Virus record (IMG/VR): IMGVR_UViG_3300027763_000029
From: a virus
Reading direction: 5' to 3' (one strand)
Length of the DNA stretch: 64,000 bases
Positions 9,108-19,977 of the stretch are shown piece by piece. The notes below the pieces were generated by a model. The model had not been told where the DNA came from, searched no databases, and saw only the letters and a program-made list of their open reading frames with translations. Position 1 is the stretch's first letter. Each line of letters starts with the position of its first letter. The translations under genes were made by a program, and so were the position numbers.

Positions 9108-9803
9108 TTATAGCCTATTAATGAATAAAGTTTGTCTACCATTAAACAATAAAGAATATCCTTCTGATATTAGATGTGGAGATAATAATTTATCTTTACC
9201 ACCAGTATCTGTATCAAAATCAGTATCGTCAATAAGAATTAAATGGATATCTGATAGTTTATTTTTTGCCGATAGGAATGCGCTAAGATGATTTTCTGCA
9301 AAATTAGGGGTTCCTTTATCCCATCCATCAAGATACAAGATATCTATTCTACCATCAAAAGACTGTAAGAACTCTATTCCATCTTTTGGTATATTAATAT
9401 GTAAATTATCTGGAAGATTTTGAGATATGTTTGAATAACACCAATTTACTCCATTTATACAATTTGTATCAATATCGACAGTATAAACATCAAAACCAGC
9501 TCTTGCCCAAAAAAAAGTTGCATGACCATCGCAACAACATGGAGGAGATTTATATGCATCTATATTAATAGAATCAAAATAATCAATACATTTTTGACTA
9601 GAAGAAATTCTAGTAGATCCTATTTCTATTACGGTTTTAAGTCCTAAAATATTAGCTATCTCTATAGTTTTTTTTATGAATGGAGCGGGTTTGGATCTAA
9701 AGTCATCATAGTCTTGACCTGTTAGATTATCATATTTCCAATATTTTTTATCTACCTTAAAGTCTAGTAGTGCTTTATTTATTTTATTTTGCGTAGTAGT
9801 CAT
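9108..9803 (-). CDS. Class I SAM-dependent methyltransferase
   Basis: VIEIGS, VYTVDID, IDILYLDG, LILIDD. Confidence 0.7.
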   Translation of the reverse strand: MTTTQNKINKALLDFKVDKKYWKYDNLTGQDYDDFRSKPAPFIKKTIEIANILGLKTVIEIGSTRISSSQKCIDYFDSINIDAYKSPPCCCDGHATFFWARAGFDVYTVDIDTNCINGVNWCYSNISQNLPDNLHINIPKDGIEFLQSFDGRIDILYLDGWDKGTPNFAENHLSAFLSAKNKLSDIHLILIDDTDFDTDTGGKDKLLSPHLISEGYSLLFNGRQTLFINRL

Positions 9804-10657
9804 AATAATTCTTTTATCTTAATAATCTTTGTTAGTATTTCAATATTTGCAGCTCTCGAACCATTTTTATTATACCAATCTAGTCCATTTTTGGCAATGT
9901 ATAGCATGTATTCCTTATCTTTTAATATCTGATTATATTTTTCTAATATTATTTCTTCTTGTAGTTTGCTATCTTCTACCAAATCAAAAGAAACATAATG
10001 AGTATCTGGTATCAGGTCGTTATGAAATTCTGTTTGTTCTAATTTTGGCCTTAATAATACTGAACCAACACCAAGTATCTCCATATCTCTGTTACATATC
10101 TCAGCAGCACCATTTAAACTCAAACCAATTTTATGAGAGTATATTTCTTGTACATATTCATTAAATGGTATCCTTTTATCTGTCATAAAAGATAAGTTTT
10201 TTAAGAAAAATCTGTGGCCATGTAAATAGCCTCTAAATAACAATTCATTATTAGGTTTATTCAGTATTTGTTTATCTGTAAGGTCTATTTCTCTCTCAAT
10301 TGCTATATTATAGCAGCAATAAGACGATGGTGTAATTTGATCAAAAATTTTAGAATTTACTGAAGAATATATGCCAAGACAATTTTTATTATCCCATCCA
10401 TTATGATCATTAAGAAGTTCATATACCATATCCCAATATGATACTACTATATATTTTTTTGTATTTGGATTCTCTATAATTAAATGATGAGGGCCGGTCT
10501 TGCATCCTGCGTTATGATTATATTGTATAGAATTATTATCGGACTGTACTCTATTTCCATATATTGATTCATAATAATCATATAATCCTTGGAAAATACT
10601 TGTTGGCATCCAACCGCTAAATGATGGCTGAAAGTAAAATGTTAGCTTGTTTTCCAT
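9800..10657 (-). CDS. Glycosyltransferase-like protein (GT-B C-terminal domain)
   Basis: LLFRG, LSLNGAAEICNRDMEI, LIPDTHYV, IAKNG..WY. Confidence 0.6.
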   Translation of the reverse strand: MENKLTFYFQPSFSGWMPTSIFQGLYDYYESIYGNRVQSDNNSIQYNHNAGCKTGPHHLIIENPNTKKYIVVSYWDMVYELLNDHNGWDNKNCLGIYSSVNSKIFDQITPSSYCCYNIAIEREIDLTDKQILNKPNNELLFRGYLHGHRFFLKNLSFMTDKRIPFNEYVQEIYSHKIGLSLNGAAEICNRDMEILGVGSVLLRPKLEQTEFHNDLIPDTHYVSFDLVEDSKLQEEIILEKYNQILKDKEYMLYIAKNGLDWYNKNGSRAANIEILTKIIKIKELL

Positions 10658-10666
10658 TATAAACTC

Positions 10667-11482
10667 TCATTGAAACTCTGTGCCATGCTTTGGTTTACCT
10701 TCTGGGGCTTTATGTCCATTAGCTTTAATAGCTCTGGCTAAAATAGGATGATGCCATCCAATATCATATGGAGTGTACCCTGCCACAAGTGCTGAAACTC
10801 CCAGCTCAAATCCTTCTGCCCATGTTCCATGGGACCAATCTTTATTTGCTAAATGATCATGAAACCATTTTAACTGATTATAAAACTTTTTCATTTTATC
10901 TCCTGTCTCCATAAAGACTAAAAGATATTCAGCTGGCAAAGATGCTTTTTCCCATCCGTTATAAGGATTGTCTTGTAGATCATAATTGTATATTTTATGC
11001 CAAAAATTTCCATACTCTATACCGCTAGTAGTTCTACTTAGATAGTCATCTAGAAAAGCCTTCCATGTATAATCTGTTCTAGGACCTAAAAATGTTTTTC
11101 CTTCTGAGATCATTAAGTCAAAAAAATTACGAACCTCAGTTTCATCCCACCACTCTAAAGAATTATCACAATCTGTCCATATAACTATAGAGTCTTCTAG
11201 ATCTAATAATTGAGTTAAACATGTGTATCTCATATTAAAATTAAAATCACTAGCATATTTTTGTTGACCAATAGGAATTCTTACTTTAAAATTATTTCTA
11301 TCTATTGTATCTATTAAAATTTTTTTATTATTTCCGAATCTATTCTTTATAGTCTCTGGACAATCAGTGGTTACTGCAAAATAGTGATTTGTTTTGTCTA
11401 GAACATCTGCAATAAGGTTGCATGCATAATCACGAGTATAATTTTCGCCCAAACTTAATGTTGTAAAGTATATTTTTTTCAT
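10667..11482 (-). CDS. Putative GT-A glycosyltransferase
   Basis: AVTTD and IWTDCD (DxD) motifs; located in the GT cluster. Confidence 0.5.
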   Translation of the reverse strand: MKKIYFTTLSLGENYTRDYACNLIADVLDKTNHYFAVTTDCPETIKNRFGNNKKILIDTIDRNNFKVRIPIGQQKYASDFNFNMRYTCLTQLLDLEDSIVIWTDCDNSLEWWDETEVRNFFDLMISEGKTFLGPRTDYTWKAFLDDYLSRTTSGIEYGNFWHKIYNYDLQDNPYNGWEKASLPAEYLLVFMETGDKMKKFYNQLKWFHDHLANKDWSHGTWAEGFELGVSALVAGYTPYDIGWHHPILARAIKANGHKAPEGKPKHGTEFQ

Positions 11483-12156
11483 TTATAGTATTTTTCATAT
11501 AGAAGTTTTTTATCATCAGAATTACAATAGTGTAAACTAATACACTTATCTCTCATAATATCACTAATTGATGGGCAATTAAATTTATCGGGCAAAAAAG
11601 GTTTAGTATCTATTATATTTTCATTTGCATCTATAATTTCAAAATCTAATTTTTTGAACATATCGAATAAAAACTGGTCATGACCACCGTATATATCATG
11701 ATTCTGTGAATCTATATTTATTAAAGAATGTTTTAAAGACCTAATTCCATTTGAAGATATTAGTATACCTCCTCCACCACAAAATATAATATCGTTTAAT
11801 GGAGTAAATTCACAGTGTCTTGGTCCAATAGCCAATTTTTTATTATTATCAAAGTTTTTTTCATGTATATATCTTTCTAGCCTATCTGGAAATACAAAAT
11901 TATCATCGTCAATAGAAAAAATCCATTGATAGTCTTTGAAATCGTAGTTTTGTAAAAAAAATAACCATTTGTAAGCATTGGAAGTATAGTTATCTGGAGT
12001 ATTTGTTGAATATATTTTTGGTTTATCTGAGTTTGCGGTTAATATAACATAGTCGGAATTTTTATTTATTTGTTTTAGCCATGTGTTTTCACTGCTAATG
12101 CATCTTTCTTCTATATATCTATTACAACTAAGTATTGTATATAGTATTTTAAGCAT
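11479..12156 (-). CDS. Fringe-like/GT31 beta-1,3-glycosyltransferase
   Basis: NTW, WIFSIDDDNFV, FCGGGGILIS, HD, ISLHY. Confidence 0.7.
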   Translation of the reverse strand: MLKILYTILSCNRYIEERCISSENTWLKQINKNSDYVILTANSDKPKIYSTNTPDNYTSNAYKWLFFLQNYDFKDYQWIFSIDDDNFVFPDRLERYIHEKNFDNNKKLAIGPRHCEFTPLNDIIFCGGGGILISSNGIRSLKHSLINIDSQNHDIYGGHDQFLFDMFKKLDFEIIDANENIIDTKPFLPDKFNCPSISDIMRDKCISLHYCNSDDKKLLYEKYYK

Positions 12157-12158
12157 AT

Positions 12159-13025
12159 TTATTTTATTTCTACTTTACAAATATTTCTAGCATACCAAAG
12201 GAATAAACTTATCCAAGGAAGTTCTCCTTCGTAATATATTTTTTTACTCTGTCCTAAAGTATAAAGTTCGCATATAGAATAGAATGCATCATATTCTTTA
12301 GATAATGGATTATTTGAAAATCCAGAAAGATTATAAGATTGATCAAATCCCCTAATCATTTTTGTTTTTGGTATCTCTTTTGATATTTTTTCTTTTATAA
12401 TAGAAGAATTAGAACTTAAAAAATAAGATTTATTTTTATTGAGTTTATTTAATAATTGATTAATTTTATTTTCATCAAAAACATTGTTAGATCTATAACA
12501 TATCGATTCAAATCCATCTGGAAAATTATTAGAAATAAAATTGTTAACATAATCTATGATTTTTTTATTAAAGATTGGAAATTTTTTGATATGTTTATCT
12601 TCTATCTCATTAAATACAAAATAACTATAGTCCTTAGAATTTGATTCAAAAATATGAGAAACGCTTTTTTCAGCATACATATCAAATATGCCCGGCGTAT
12701 TATTTTTAACATCCTCATTTCTTCCTGAATATATTCTATTATATTGAACACCATTAAAAGTACAAAAACCAAGATTATAGAAATTTAAGAAAGATATTTT
12801 TTGTATTACAAATTCATCAAAAAAACTTTTGAAGAAATCCAAATCAAAAACTTTATCTAAAATATTTTCAATATCAAAATTTTCAATATCATTTATTATT
12901 AATGTAATATGTATATCATTATATTTTTTTCTTAAAAAATCAGTAAGATTAAGTATATCAAAGATACTAATCATCGAATCTCCCCAACCTTGTTGATGAC
13001 AGTATGAAAGAATTACTTTTTTCAT
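12159..13025 (-). CDS. Putative fucosyltransferase-like GT-B protein
   Basis: GWGD near the N-terminus, SICYR, YFLSSNS, ELYTLG. Confidence 0.45.
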   Translation of the reverse strand: MKKVILSYCHQQGWGDSMISIFDILNLTDFLRKKYNDIHITLIINDIENFDIENILDKVFDLDFFKSFFDEFVIQKISFLNFYNLGFCTFNGVQYNRIYSGRNEDVKNNTPGIFDMYAEKSVSHIFESNSKDYSYFVFNEIEDKHIKKFPIFNKKIIDYVNNFISNNFPDGFESICYRSNNVFDENKINQLLNKLNKNKSYFLSSNSSIIKEKISKEIPKTKMIRGFDQSYNLSGFSNNPLSKEYDAFYSICELYTLGQSKKIYYEGELPWISLFLWYARNICKVEIK

Positions 13026-14305
13026 TATAGGTTTCCAGTTATTGGATCTGCCCAACCCTTACTAATACTGTGAGGCCACACTAACCAACTTGATGGTTTT
13101 TGGTCTGTTTGAAATTCTCTCCAAACTTTACAATAACCATCAGGATCATTTTTCATATTTTTTATTTCATCTTTATCTGCATCTTTTCTATATAGATCAT
13201 TTCCTTCTTTATCTTTAAATGCTACAGCCCAGAAATCGTAATCGTCTTCTGGAACTTGAGCATATCCTATATCTATACAGTGTTTAAAAATGCTCATTAG
13301 TCTGCTATCAAATTCCTCATCTGATAAATTAGTAGTTTCTGGATCTGGTGGAGCATAATGATCTTGAACTCTTTTTTGTATAGCTCTTCTAGAAAAAGAT
13401 AGTCCAGAATACTTCTCATAATCTCTTAGTGAACGAACATCTCCAAATCCATATTTACCAAAATCAATATCTCTTTTTTCTCCATCCATTTCAAATAGTT
13501 TTCTATTTCTTAAATGACAATGAGTATTTCTTTGACCCCACATTGGATCGTCATCCCATTGTTTTGTTCGTCCTTTTCTAGTATATTCATGCCAGCAAAC
13601 CACTTTGTGAGGATGAAATATATCATATCCATGAGTGTAAGCTCTGACGGCTATGCTTATTTCTTCACCATGAAAATAATATTCTGGATCATGAGGAACT
13701 TCTGTGCAAAATGCTCCAACAGAGAAAGCAAAATGAGCACTATAGAACCTACCCGGAAGTGGTTTTGTCTTATCGTCCCAAGTATCAAATGATGCAGGCA
13801 AGAAAAATACAGCGCCCTCTGGAATGAACCTATCAAAATTCATTTTCCATGGTTCTTGTACTCTAGCTGTTGGATCATTATCTGGATCGAAACTTGGAAT
13901 ATATGAAGTTATAAGAGGTTTTTTATGACCATCTTTTTGTAAATCAACTAACATATCTATTAGTGTCTTATCCCAATCTTGATTGAATCTATGATGACTA
14001 TCTAATTGTAATGTATATTTTTCACCCTGATATAATGCTTGTACAGCATTTCTTGCCCAGCAAACACCTTTTGATTCCTTATATGGAATATCTAATATCC
14101 TGAATCTAGGATCATCTTTATATTTATCAACATCTTGCCAAGTATCACTACTATTATGCTGCCAGCATATTCCTATTCTTAAATTTTCAGGATTTTTTGC
14201 TTTATCTAGCATGTCCTCGATAGTTGGTAATAGTTGAGGATCTCTATATGAGGCTATCTGAATGAATATTGTGTTATCAGTTTTCTTTTCTTTCGTGCGC
14301 TTCAT
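13025..14305 (-). CDS. GT60-like (Skp1/GlcNAc-transferase family) glycosyltransferase
   Basis: TIFIQIASYRD, GVCWAR, LQLDSHHRF..DWD, VPHDP..YFHGEE...VRAYTHGYDIFHP. Confidence 0.8.
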   Translation of the reverse strand: MKRTKEKKTDNTIFIQIASYRDPQLLPTIEDMLDKAKNPENLRIGICWQHNSSDTWQDVDKYKDDPRFRILDIPYKESKGVCWARNAVQALYQGEKYTLQLDSHHRFNQDWDKTLIDMLVDLQKDGHKKPLITSYIPSFDPDNDPTARVQEPWKMNFDRFIPEGAVFFLPASFDTWDDKTKPLPGRFYSAHFAFSVGAFCTEVPHDPEYYFHGEEISIAVRAYTHGYDIFHPHKVVCWHEYTRKGRTKQWDDDPMWGQRNTHCHLRNRKLFEMDGEKRDIDFGKYGFGDVRSLRDYEKYSGLSFSRRAIQKRVQDHYAPPDPETTNLSDEEFDSRLMSIFKHCIDIGYAQVPEDDYDFWAVAFKDKEGNDLYRKDADKDEIKNMKNDPDGYCKVWREFQTDQKPSSWLVWPHSISKGWADPITGNL

Positions 14306-15923
14306 AAAAATGTACCCTGTTGTGAAAAATAGGACTCGCTAATAATAGTGCTGGTTTAATTTTATCTTCTTTTTTCAATGTATAAATATGACTCATCCAG
14401 GTCTGTTCGTATGGATAAGACCAAGTAGTATCTAAAAACATCGACTTATTACCTCTCTGACCTATAATATGAGGCCAGTTACAATAGTAAATTTCTCCTT
14501 CAACATAAGGAGTACCATTTAAACTTTTAATATTTGTGAAATTAGTTGGGGGTTTTTTATTCAAATGTCCAAAGTATTCTATTCTTTTATCTTGTGGTAC
14601 ATTGTGCCAGCTCCATTGCTCACCATTATGTCCATAGAACTCACTGAAACTAAATTTTAAAAAGTCATATTCTTCTAAATCCATTATTCTAACAACAGTA
14701 TCAAATAGATTATTTACTTTTCTCTTGAACCCAAAAGGACAGCAAGAATCAGATAAATCTATTAACATATCATCTTCAAAAAACATCATATATTTAGATT
14801 TAGATTCTGCAAAATGTTCAGCAGCAAACTGTCTTGCTCTACAAACACCAAGGTTTCCTTTTCTAACTTCTTCAAAAGAATATTTCTTTGAAATTTCATT
14901 ATATTTTTCAAATAATGATTCTTTGGTTGAATTGTTTATTAAGATTTTTCTAGTCTTGGAAAGGAAATTATTGTCATATTTTTCAAAAGAATCAAGCACC
15001 ATCTGTAATTGTTCTGGAGAATTAAAAGCATTAATGTATAGTAGAATATCATTATTTCTGTGTAGTTTTGTTTTAGCTATAGTTTGTTTTTTAGTATTAT
15101 TATTTTTTACATTTTCAAAGAATGTTGCCAGTAATCCGTCTTCATTTATATATTCGCATTCATATGTTTCTGGTTGAAGATAAGTCATTAAAGTAAAGAT
15201 ACTTTCTTCTGTACCCATATATCCTTCATTTAATGAATCTCTTAATAGAGAGTAGTAAAATTCATTAGCAGGAGATATGCAGTCAACATGACCGCCAAAA
15301 AATCCTCCACGAGCAACTCTATTCACGGTTTCTGATTTAGCAAATTTTTTCATTCCATTGATATTAAACCCATGGATTTCTGTTTGACTTTCGTATGGAA
15401 AACAAACAAACAAAAACTTTTTAGCTATGTCTTCTATTTTTTCAAGTATATTGTCGTGGCTAAAGTATCCTGGGTGAACAGTATTTGTTATTCCACCATC
15501 TATCCAAAAATAATGACTACTGTTAAATGGATTAAATATCTTGGCATTGTGCAAGAGAAACATCTTGCTCATGACCATAGGGTTGTACCATTCTAGTGAT
15601 CCTTGAGTACTATCCTTTAGCCATCCAACTTGATTTTGCCACTCAGTTTTTGATCTTATTTCTTGGATCTTATCAAAAAATGGAAAAAATCCACCACCAA
15701 ATTGTTCTTTTGTGTGATGGTAAACAACAGTATTAGACCTATCTCTTATTGACCAAACCAAATCTTCATGTTTTGGATCTATAAAAATTGCTAGATTATG
15801 ATCTTTTAAGTCCTTTAGCAGTTTAGTAAAGTTTGAAATATAATGATCAAACCCTCTATTCCAACCCTCAGATGCAGAGTCCCTGCCAAGATCCCATATG
15901 CCAGTGACTAGTGTAGAATTCAT
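14277..15923 (-). CDS. HtrL/YibB-like domain fused to a GT2-like domain
   Basis: TLVTGIWD, SKMFLL, NPFNSSHYFWIDGG, GGFFGG, TEE; second domain with FFEDD. Confidence 0.7.
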   Translation of the reverse strand: MNSTLVTGIWDLGRDSASEGWNRGFDHYISNFTKLLKDLKDHNLAIFIDPKHEDLVWSIRDRSNTVVYHHTKEQFGGGFFPFFDKIQEIRSKTEWQNQVGWLKDSTQGSLEWYNPMVMSKMFLLHNAKIFNPFNSSHYFWIDGGITNTVHPGYFSHDNILEKIEDIAKKFLFVCFPYESQTEIHGFNINGMKKFAKSETVNRVARGGFFGGHVDCISPANEFYYSLLRDSLNEGYMGTEESIFTLMTYLQPETYECEYINEDGLLATFFENVKNNNTKKQTIAKTKLHRNNDILLYINAFNSPEQLQMVLDSFEKYDNNFLSKTRKILINNSTKESLFEKYNEISKKYSFEEVRKGNLGVCRARQFAAEHFAESKSKYMMFFEDDMLIDLSDSCCPFGFKRKVNNLFDTVVRIMDLEEYDFLKFSFSEFYGHNGEQWSWHNVPQDKRIEYFGHLNKKPPTNFTNIKSLNGTPYVEGEIYYCNWPHIIGQRGNKSMFLDTTWSYPYEQTWMSHIYTLKKEDKIKPALLLASPIFHNRVHFYEAHERKEN

Positions 15924-15976
15924 AAGAATGAGTTATTTAAGTATTAGTAATAGGTTATAATCACCGGACCTGCATA

Positions 15977-16004
15977 ATATTAGAGCATTTTTGATGATAG
16001 TCAA
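15977..16004 (-). promoter_or_regulatory. Sigma70-like promoter TTGACT-N16-TAATAT for the minus-strand GT operon
   Basis: Divergent intergenic region. Confidence 0.55.
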
Positions 16005-16037
16005 GACAAGATTTTTTAGAAATAGTTAACTACCGTC

Positions 16038-16065
16038 TTGACAAATTCTGTATTTTTGATATAAG
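16038..16065 (+). promoter_or_regulatory. Sigma70-like promoter TTGACA-N16-TATAAG
   Basis: Divergent intergenic region upstream of 16120. Confidence 0.55.
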
Positions 16066-16119
16066 TTATGAGTAGGTTGGTAGCAATACACTAAATGATC
16101 AGGAGTTTTCAGATCGGCC

Positions 16120-16317
16120 ATGGCTATAGATAGAAATAAAGATGATTTCGGGGATAGGAAGGATTTTAGAAGAAAGCATCTTAAGAATAAATTTCTTGAT
16201 AAAAGAGAAAAAATTGAAGAGAATTACAATTCTCCTAGAATCAAGAAAGAAAACAAAAAAAGGATTGAGCAAATGAGAGAAGAGGAACTTTGGGAGGACT
16301 GGGAAAATAATGGCTAG
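16120..16317 (+). CDS. Small charged hypothetical protein
   Basis: SD AGGAG; overlaps the next gene. Confidence 0.65.
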   Translation: MAIDRNKDDFGDRKDFRRKHLKNKFLDKREKIEENYNSPRIKKENKKRIEQMREEELWEDWENNG

Positions 16318-16570
16318 TAAATTTATTGAAGAACTTAATTATGGTGATGCTTTTATCTGTAATGATCTTTGTTATATTTTGACTACTGATTATAAAAAGA
16401 ATAATGATAGACTTTGTTTGTCTTTGATTGATGGTGGTTTAAGGTGGTTTAAACCGAATGAAATAGTAGAAGGTACAAATTTATATACTATGGATAGAGA
16501 TAATAATATTATCGCAATCAAAGAAAGCAAAAAAGAAAATGTGGCTAATCAAACTCAAAACATTCCTTAA
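16310..16570 (+). CDS. Hypothetical protein
   Basis: SD GGAGG; small beta-rich domain. Confidence 0.65.
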   Translation: MASKFIEELNYGDAFICNDLCYILTTDYKKNNDRLCLSLIDGGLRWFKPNEIVEGTNLYTMDRDNNIIAIKESKKENVANQTQNIP

Positions 16571-16805
16571 GTCTCTTATATTTCATATTTACGCTGGTTC
16601 TCCAAAAACCACAAAAGATGAAATTCTAAGTAGACTATCTTTTTGCACATCTTGCGAACACTTTAAGATAATAAAGCAAGAATGTGGTATTTGTGGATGT
16701 TCTATAAGCGATAAAAGTATTTTCTTAAATAAGTTGGCATGGGCTGATCAAGAATGTCCTGTAGGAAAATGGGGAAAAATCATAAGAACGAAGGAGAAAC
16801 AATGA
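16539..16805 (+). CDS. Cys-rich putative Zn-binding protein
   Basis: R..FCTSC...CGICGC...K......CPVGKW. Confidence 0.65.
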   Translation: MWLIKLKTFLKSLIFHIYAGSPKTTKDEILSRLSFCTSCEHFKIIKQECGICGCSISDKSIFLNKLAWADQECPVGKWGKIIRTKEKQ

Positions 16806-17353
16806 CAACAAAAACTCATCATCCCAAATATATCTTAACAAATGATGATCTATTCGAATCTGTGCAAAAGAGAATATCTGCCGCACATATCGGCTCAACA
16901 ATATTTATTCCTCATGTTTGTAATAATATAGATCTATTTGGCGGCGGCTTTGCGGCACAAGTAGCATCAAGATTTCCAGAAGTAAAAGCTAATTATCATA
17001 TTCTTGGTAAAAGCTTCCTAAGAACAAACTTTGGGTATTCTCAAATAGTTAAGGTCAGAGAAGATAAAAAATATAAACATGGACTATATTTTGTAAATAT
17101 GATTGCTCAGAATGGAATAAGGGGACCCAATAATCCTAGACCAATAAATTATGCTGCTTTAGTTAAGAGTATGATTCAAGTATCTCAATATATTATTGGT
17201 AATACTGGATTCTCTAACAAAACAGAAAATGTTGAAATACATGCTCCAAAATTTGGTAGTGGATTAGCTGGAGGTGACTGGAATTTTATCAGTGATTTAA
17301 TTGACGATATATGGGGAAAATATACCGTATTCGTCTACAACTATAAGAAATAA
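16802..17353 (+). CDS. Macrodomain (ADP-ribose-binding/hydrolase) protein
   Basis: HVCNN...FGGGFAAQV, VNMIAQ, PKFGSGLAGGDW. Confidence 0.85.
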   Translation: MTTKTHHPKYILTNDDLFESVQKRISAAHIGSTIFIPHVCNNIDLFGGGFAAQVASRFPEVKANYHILGKSFLRTNFGYSQIVKVREDKKYKHGLYFVNMIAQNGIRGPNNPRPINYAALVKSMIQVSQYIIGNTGFSNKTENVEIHAPKFGSGLAGGDWNFISDLIDDIWGKYTVFVYNYKK

Positions 17354-17355
17354 CA

Positions 17356-18102
17356 ATGAAAACAGTAATTTTTACCAGCTATTTTTCTGTAAAAAAACAT
17401 CCAAACAATCCTAATGATACAGCCGTTATAGGAAGAGATTTTGATGGTAGGGTTTTACAAAATAGTTTCAATTATATATCTCAGTGGTACAATTCCATTG
17501 TTAATACTGGTATATCTGGTAGGATTTTTTATGATAATTTGGCAGACGATTTTATTAAAAAATACTCAACAGAAAAAATACAATTTATAAAAGTAAGTCC
17601 ATCAGATTATTCTAATAATGATTGGAGATTTTTTTGTTATAGGAACTATTTAGAGGACCATTCTTTTGATAATATCTTTTTAACAGACGGTTCTGATGTT
17701 AAAGTTGTTAAAAATCCATCCTTAATTATTTCGGAATATCCAGATATCGATTTATTTGTCTGTAAAGATAGTATAATGTTAAATAATTTTCCCTACTGTC
17801 AACTGCATGAACAAGTCGGGTGGTCAAATTTAGAATGGTTTATAAAAAACCAAAATAATCTTCCTTTAATAAATATGGGTGTTATAGGAGGATCATATAA
17901 AAACATAAAAGAATTCCTACAAGCATTCTGTACTACAAGAATAAGACTTGGAACTCCAGACTTTAATTCTGATATGTGGGTTGGTCAGTATGTATTCAGA
18001 CAAATACTATCAGATAAAAAAATTATGATAGGAGAACCATTTACAAGTAATTTTAAATCATACGAGGACGACCGAAAAGATGTCTACTTTATTCACAAAT
18101 AG
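17356..18102 (+). CDS. Putative glycosyltransferase-like protein
   Basis: IFLTDGSDV, INMGVIGG, SDM motifs. Confidence 0.55.
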   Translation: MKTVIFTSYFSVKKHPNNPNDTAVIGRDFDGRVLQNSFNYISQWYNSIVNTGISGRIFYDNLADDFIKKYSTEKIQFIKVSPSDYSNNDWRFFCYRNYLEDHSFDNIFLTDGSDVKVVKNPSLIISEYPDIDLFVCKDSIMLNNFPYCQLHEQVGWSNLEWFIKNQNNLPLINMGVIGGSYKNIKEFLQAFCTTRIRLGTPDFNSDMWVGQYVFRQILSDKKIMIGEPFTSNFKSYEDDRKDVYFIHK

Positions 18103-19060
18103 TTCTATAATAGAATACTGTATAGAAGAAGAGTTTAAAAATAATAGTATTAGATACTTTAGACATCTTGGACAAAAAGCTCACATACATGATATCGAAG
18201 CTATGATTGAGTTAGATAAAGATGGTTTACACGTTATAAAACACACAGTCCCTCAAAAAGATGAATGGAGATTTAATAGTGTCATAAATTTAATTTTATC
18301 TACTATCAAAAAATTTTCATTACAACTTAATTGTAGATTTATATTAAATCTCAACGACGGATGCCCTGTAGAAGAAAAATTCACAAGAATATCAACATTT
18401 GGTAGACATATAGATAGTAATCATATAAGCATTACAGACCCAGCATCTTGGTCTCTATTGCTATCTAATAAAATTACGAATATTCTTGAACATGATATTG
18501 ATTTTGATCTAAAAAAAGATATAGTAGTATTTAGAGGTGCTGATACTGGAAAACTCAGAAATAATTTTCTTAATCAAAGAATATCTTTTTCTAATAATTA
18601 TAAAACATCATCTTTAATAGATAGTAAAATTACTTTTTTTGCAGGACATAATACTGACTTGCTTAGTGAGTGTGGTATTGATATAAAAAATATATCATCT
18701 AATGCAATGTCATCTTCAGAACAGTTAAAAAATAAATATCTTCTTTATATGCACGGTAACTCTGTTTCGCCAGAAAGATTATTATGGACTCTGTTTTCTA
18801 ATTCATTATTATTAGAAATTGATCCTAAAAAAGAAGAAGAAGATATCATCTGGTTTTATAAATTTTTAGTAGATAATAATTTTATACCTAGACTATCAGA
18901 AAATAGTTTTCTAGAAGATTTTGATAAATTACTAAAACAAGACATTATAAGTATAAACGAAAAACAAAAAAATATTGCAAAAAAATTATTAGATCCTAAT
19001 CTACATATAGAATATACAAAAAACTTATTACTTAAATATCAAGAAATTTACTCATCATGA
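18080..19060 (+). CDS. GT90 (CAP10/POGLUT-like) glycosyltransferase
   Basis: VVFRGADTG, KYLLYMHGNSVS..RL.W.L.SNS. Confidence 0.7.
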   Translation: MSTLFTNSSIIEYCIEEEFKNNSIRYFRHLGQKAHIHDIEAMIELDKDGLHVIKHTVPQKDEWRFNSVINLILSTIKKFSLQLNCRFILNLNDGCPVEEKFTRISTFGRHIDSNHISITDPASWSLLLSNKITNILEHDIDFDLKKDIVVFRGADTGKLRNNFLNQRISFSNNYKTSSLIDSKITFFAGHNTDLLSECGIDIKNISSNAMSSSEQLKNKYLLYMHGNSVSPERLLWTLFSNSLLLEIDPKKEEEDIIWFYKFLVDNNFIPRLSENSFLEDFDKLLKQDIISINEKQKNIAKKLLDPNLHIEYTKNLLLKYQEIYSS

Positions 19061-19977
19061 AAATATGTTTTGTAGGGCCTGGTGAAATTAGCATACCGCC
19101 AAAAGGGTGGGGTGCTGTAGAGACTGTTATTTGGAATCAATATAATGAATTACTAAAATTAGGCTATGATGTTCATATTGTTAATGAGCCAACACTACAA
19201 CAATCGTATGATGGTATTAAAAAATTAAATCCAGATGTTATTCATCTACATTATGGTAGATATTTTGAATTAATGCCAGAATTTTCTTGTAAAAAAATAG
19301 TTACAAACCACGATGGAAGTTTCCTTTTTTCTAAAAAATTTCATGATGAAATATTACGACTATTTTTATATGATTGTGAATTTTTTATCTTAACATCTTG
19401 GGAATATAATTTTCTATATAATGTAGGTATAGCTCCAAGTAAGATACATATAATGCCTAATGGTGTTGATATAGAAAAAATTAATTTTGAGATATTGCCT
19501 AAATTTGAAGATAAAAGTATCTGTCTAGGCAAAATAGATTATAGAAAAAATCAAAAATTTTTACAAGATCTCAATTTAGATATAGATTTTGTTGGACAAA
19601 ATACAATTGCAGAATTTCAACCCCTTAATGCTAATTATCTCGGACCTTGGGATAGAGAAAGAGTATGTAAAAATCTAACTGATTATAATAATCTTATTTT
19701 ACTCTCACAATCAGAGCTACATCCTTTAGTATGTTTAGAGGCACTGTCTGCTGGACTCGGACTTGTAATATCCGAAGCTGCTAGTCAAAATCTTGATACA
19801 TCTTTAGATTTTATTACTGTAGTAAATCAAGAAGATATTCAAAATATTGATATAGTTTCTAAAAACATAGTTAATAATAGAAAAATTTGTAAAAATATTA
19901 ATAGAAAAATAATCAGAGATTATGCTAAAAAATTTAGTTGGTCTAATATTATTAAAAAATATATCGAATTATTATGA
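19057..19977 (+). CDS. GT4 glycosyltransferase
   Basis: IPPKGWGAVE, PNGVD, ELHPLVCLEAL. Confidence 0.85.
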   Translation: MKICFVGPGEISIPPKGWGAVETVIWNQYNELLKLGYDVHIVNEPTLQQSYDGIKKLNPDVIHLHYGRYFELMPEFSCKKIVTNHDGSFLFSKKFHDEILRLFLYDCEFFILTSWEYNFLYNVGIAPSKIHIMPNGVDIEKINFEILPKFEDKSICLGKIDYRKNQKFLQDLNLDIDFVGQNTIAEFQPLNANYLGPWDRERVCKNLTDYNNLILLSQSELHPLVCLEALSAGLGLVISEAASQNLDTSLDFITVVNQEDIQNIDIVSKNIVNNRKICKNINRKIIRDYAKKFSWSNIIKKYIELL

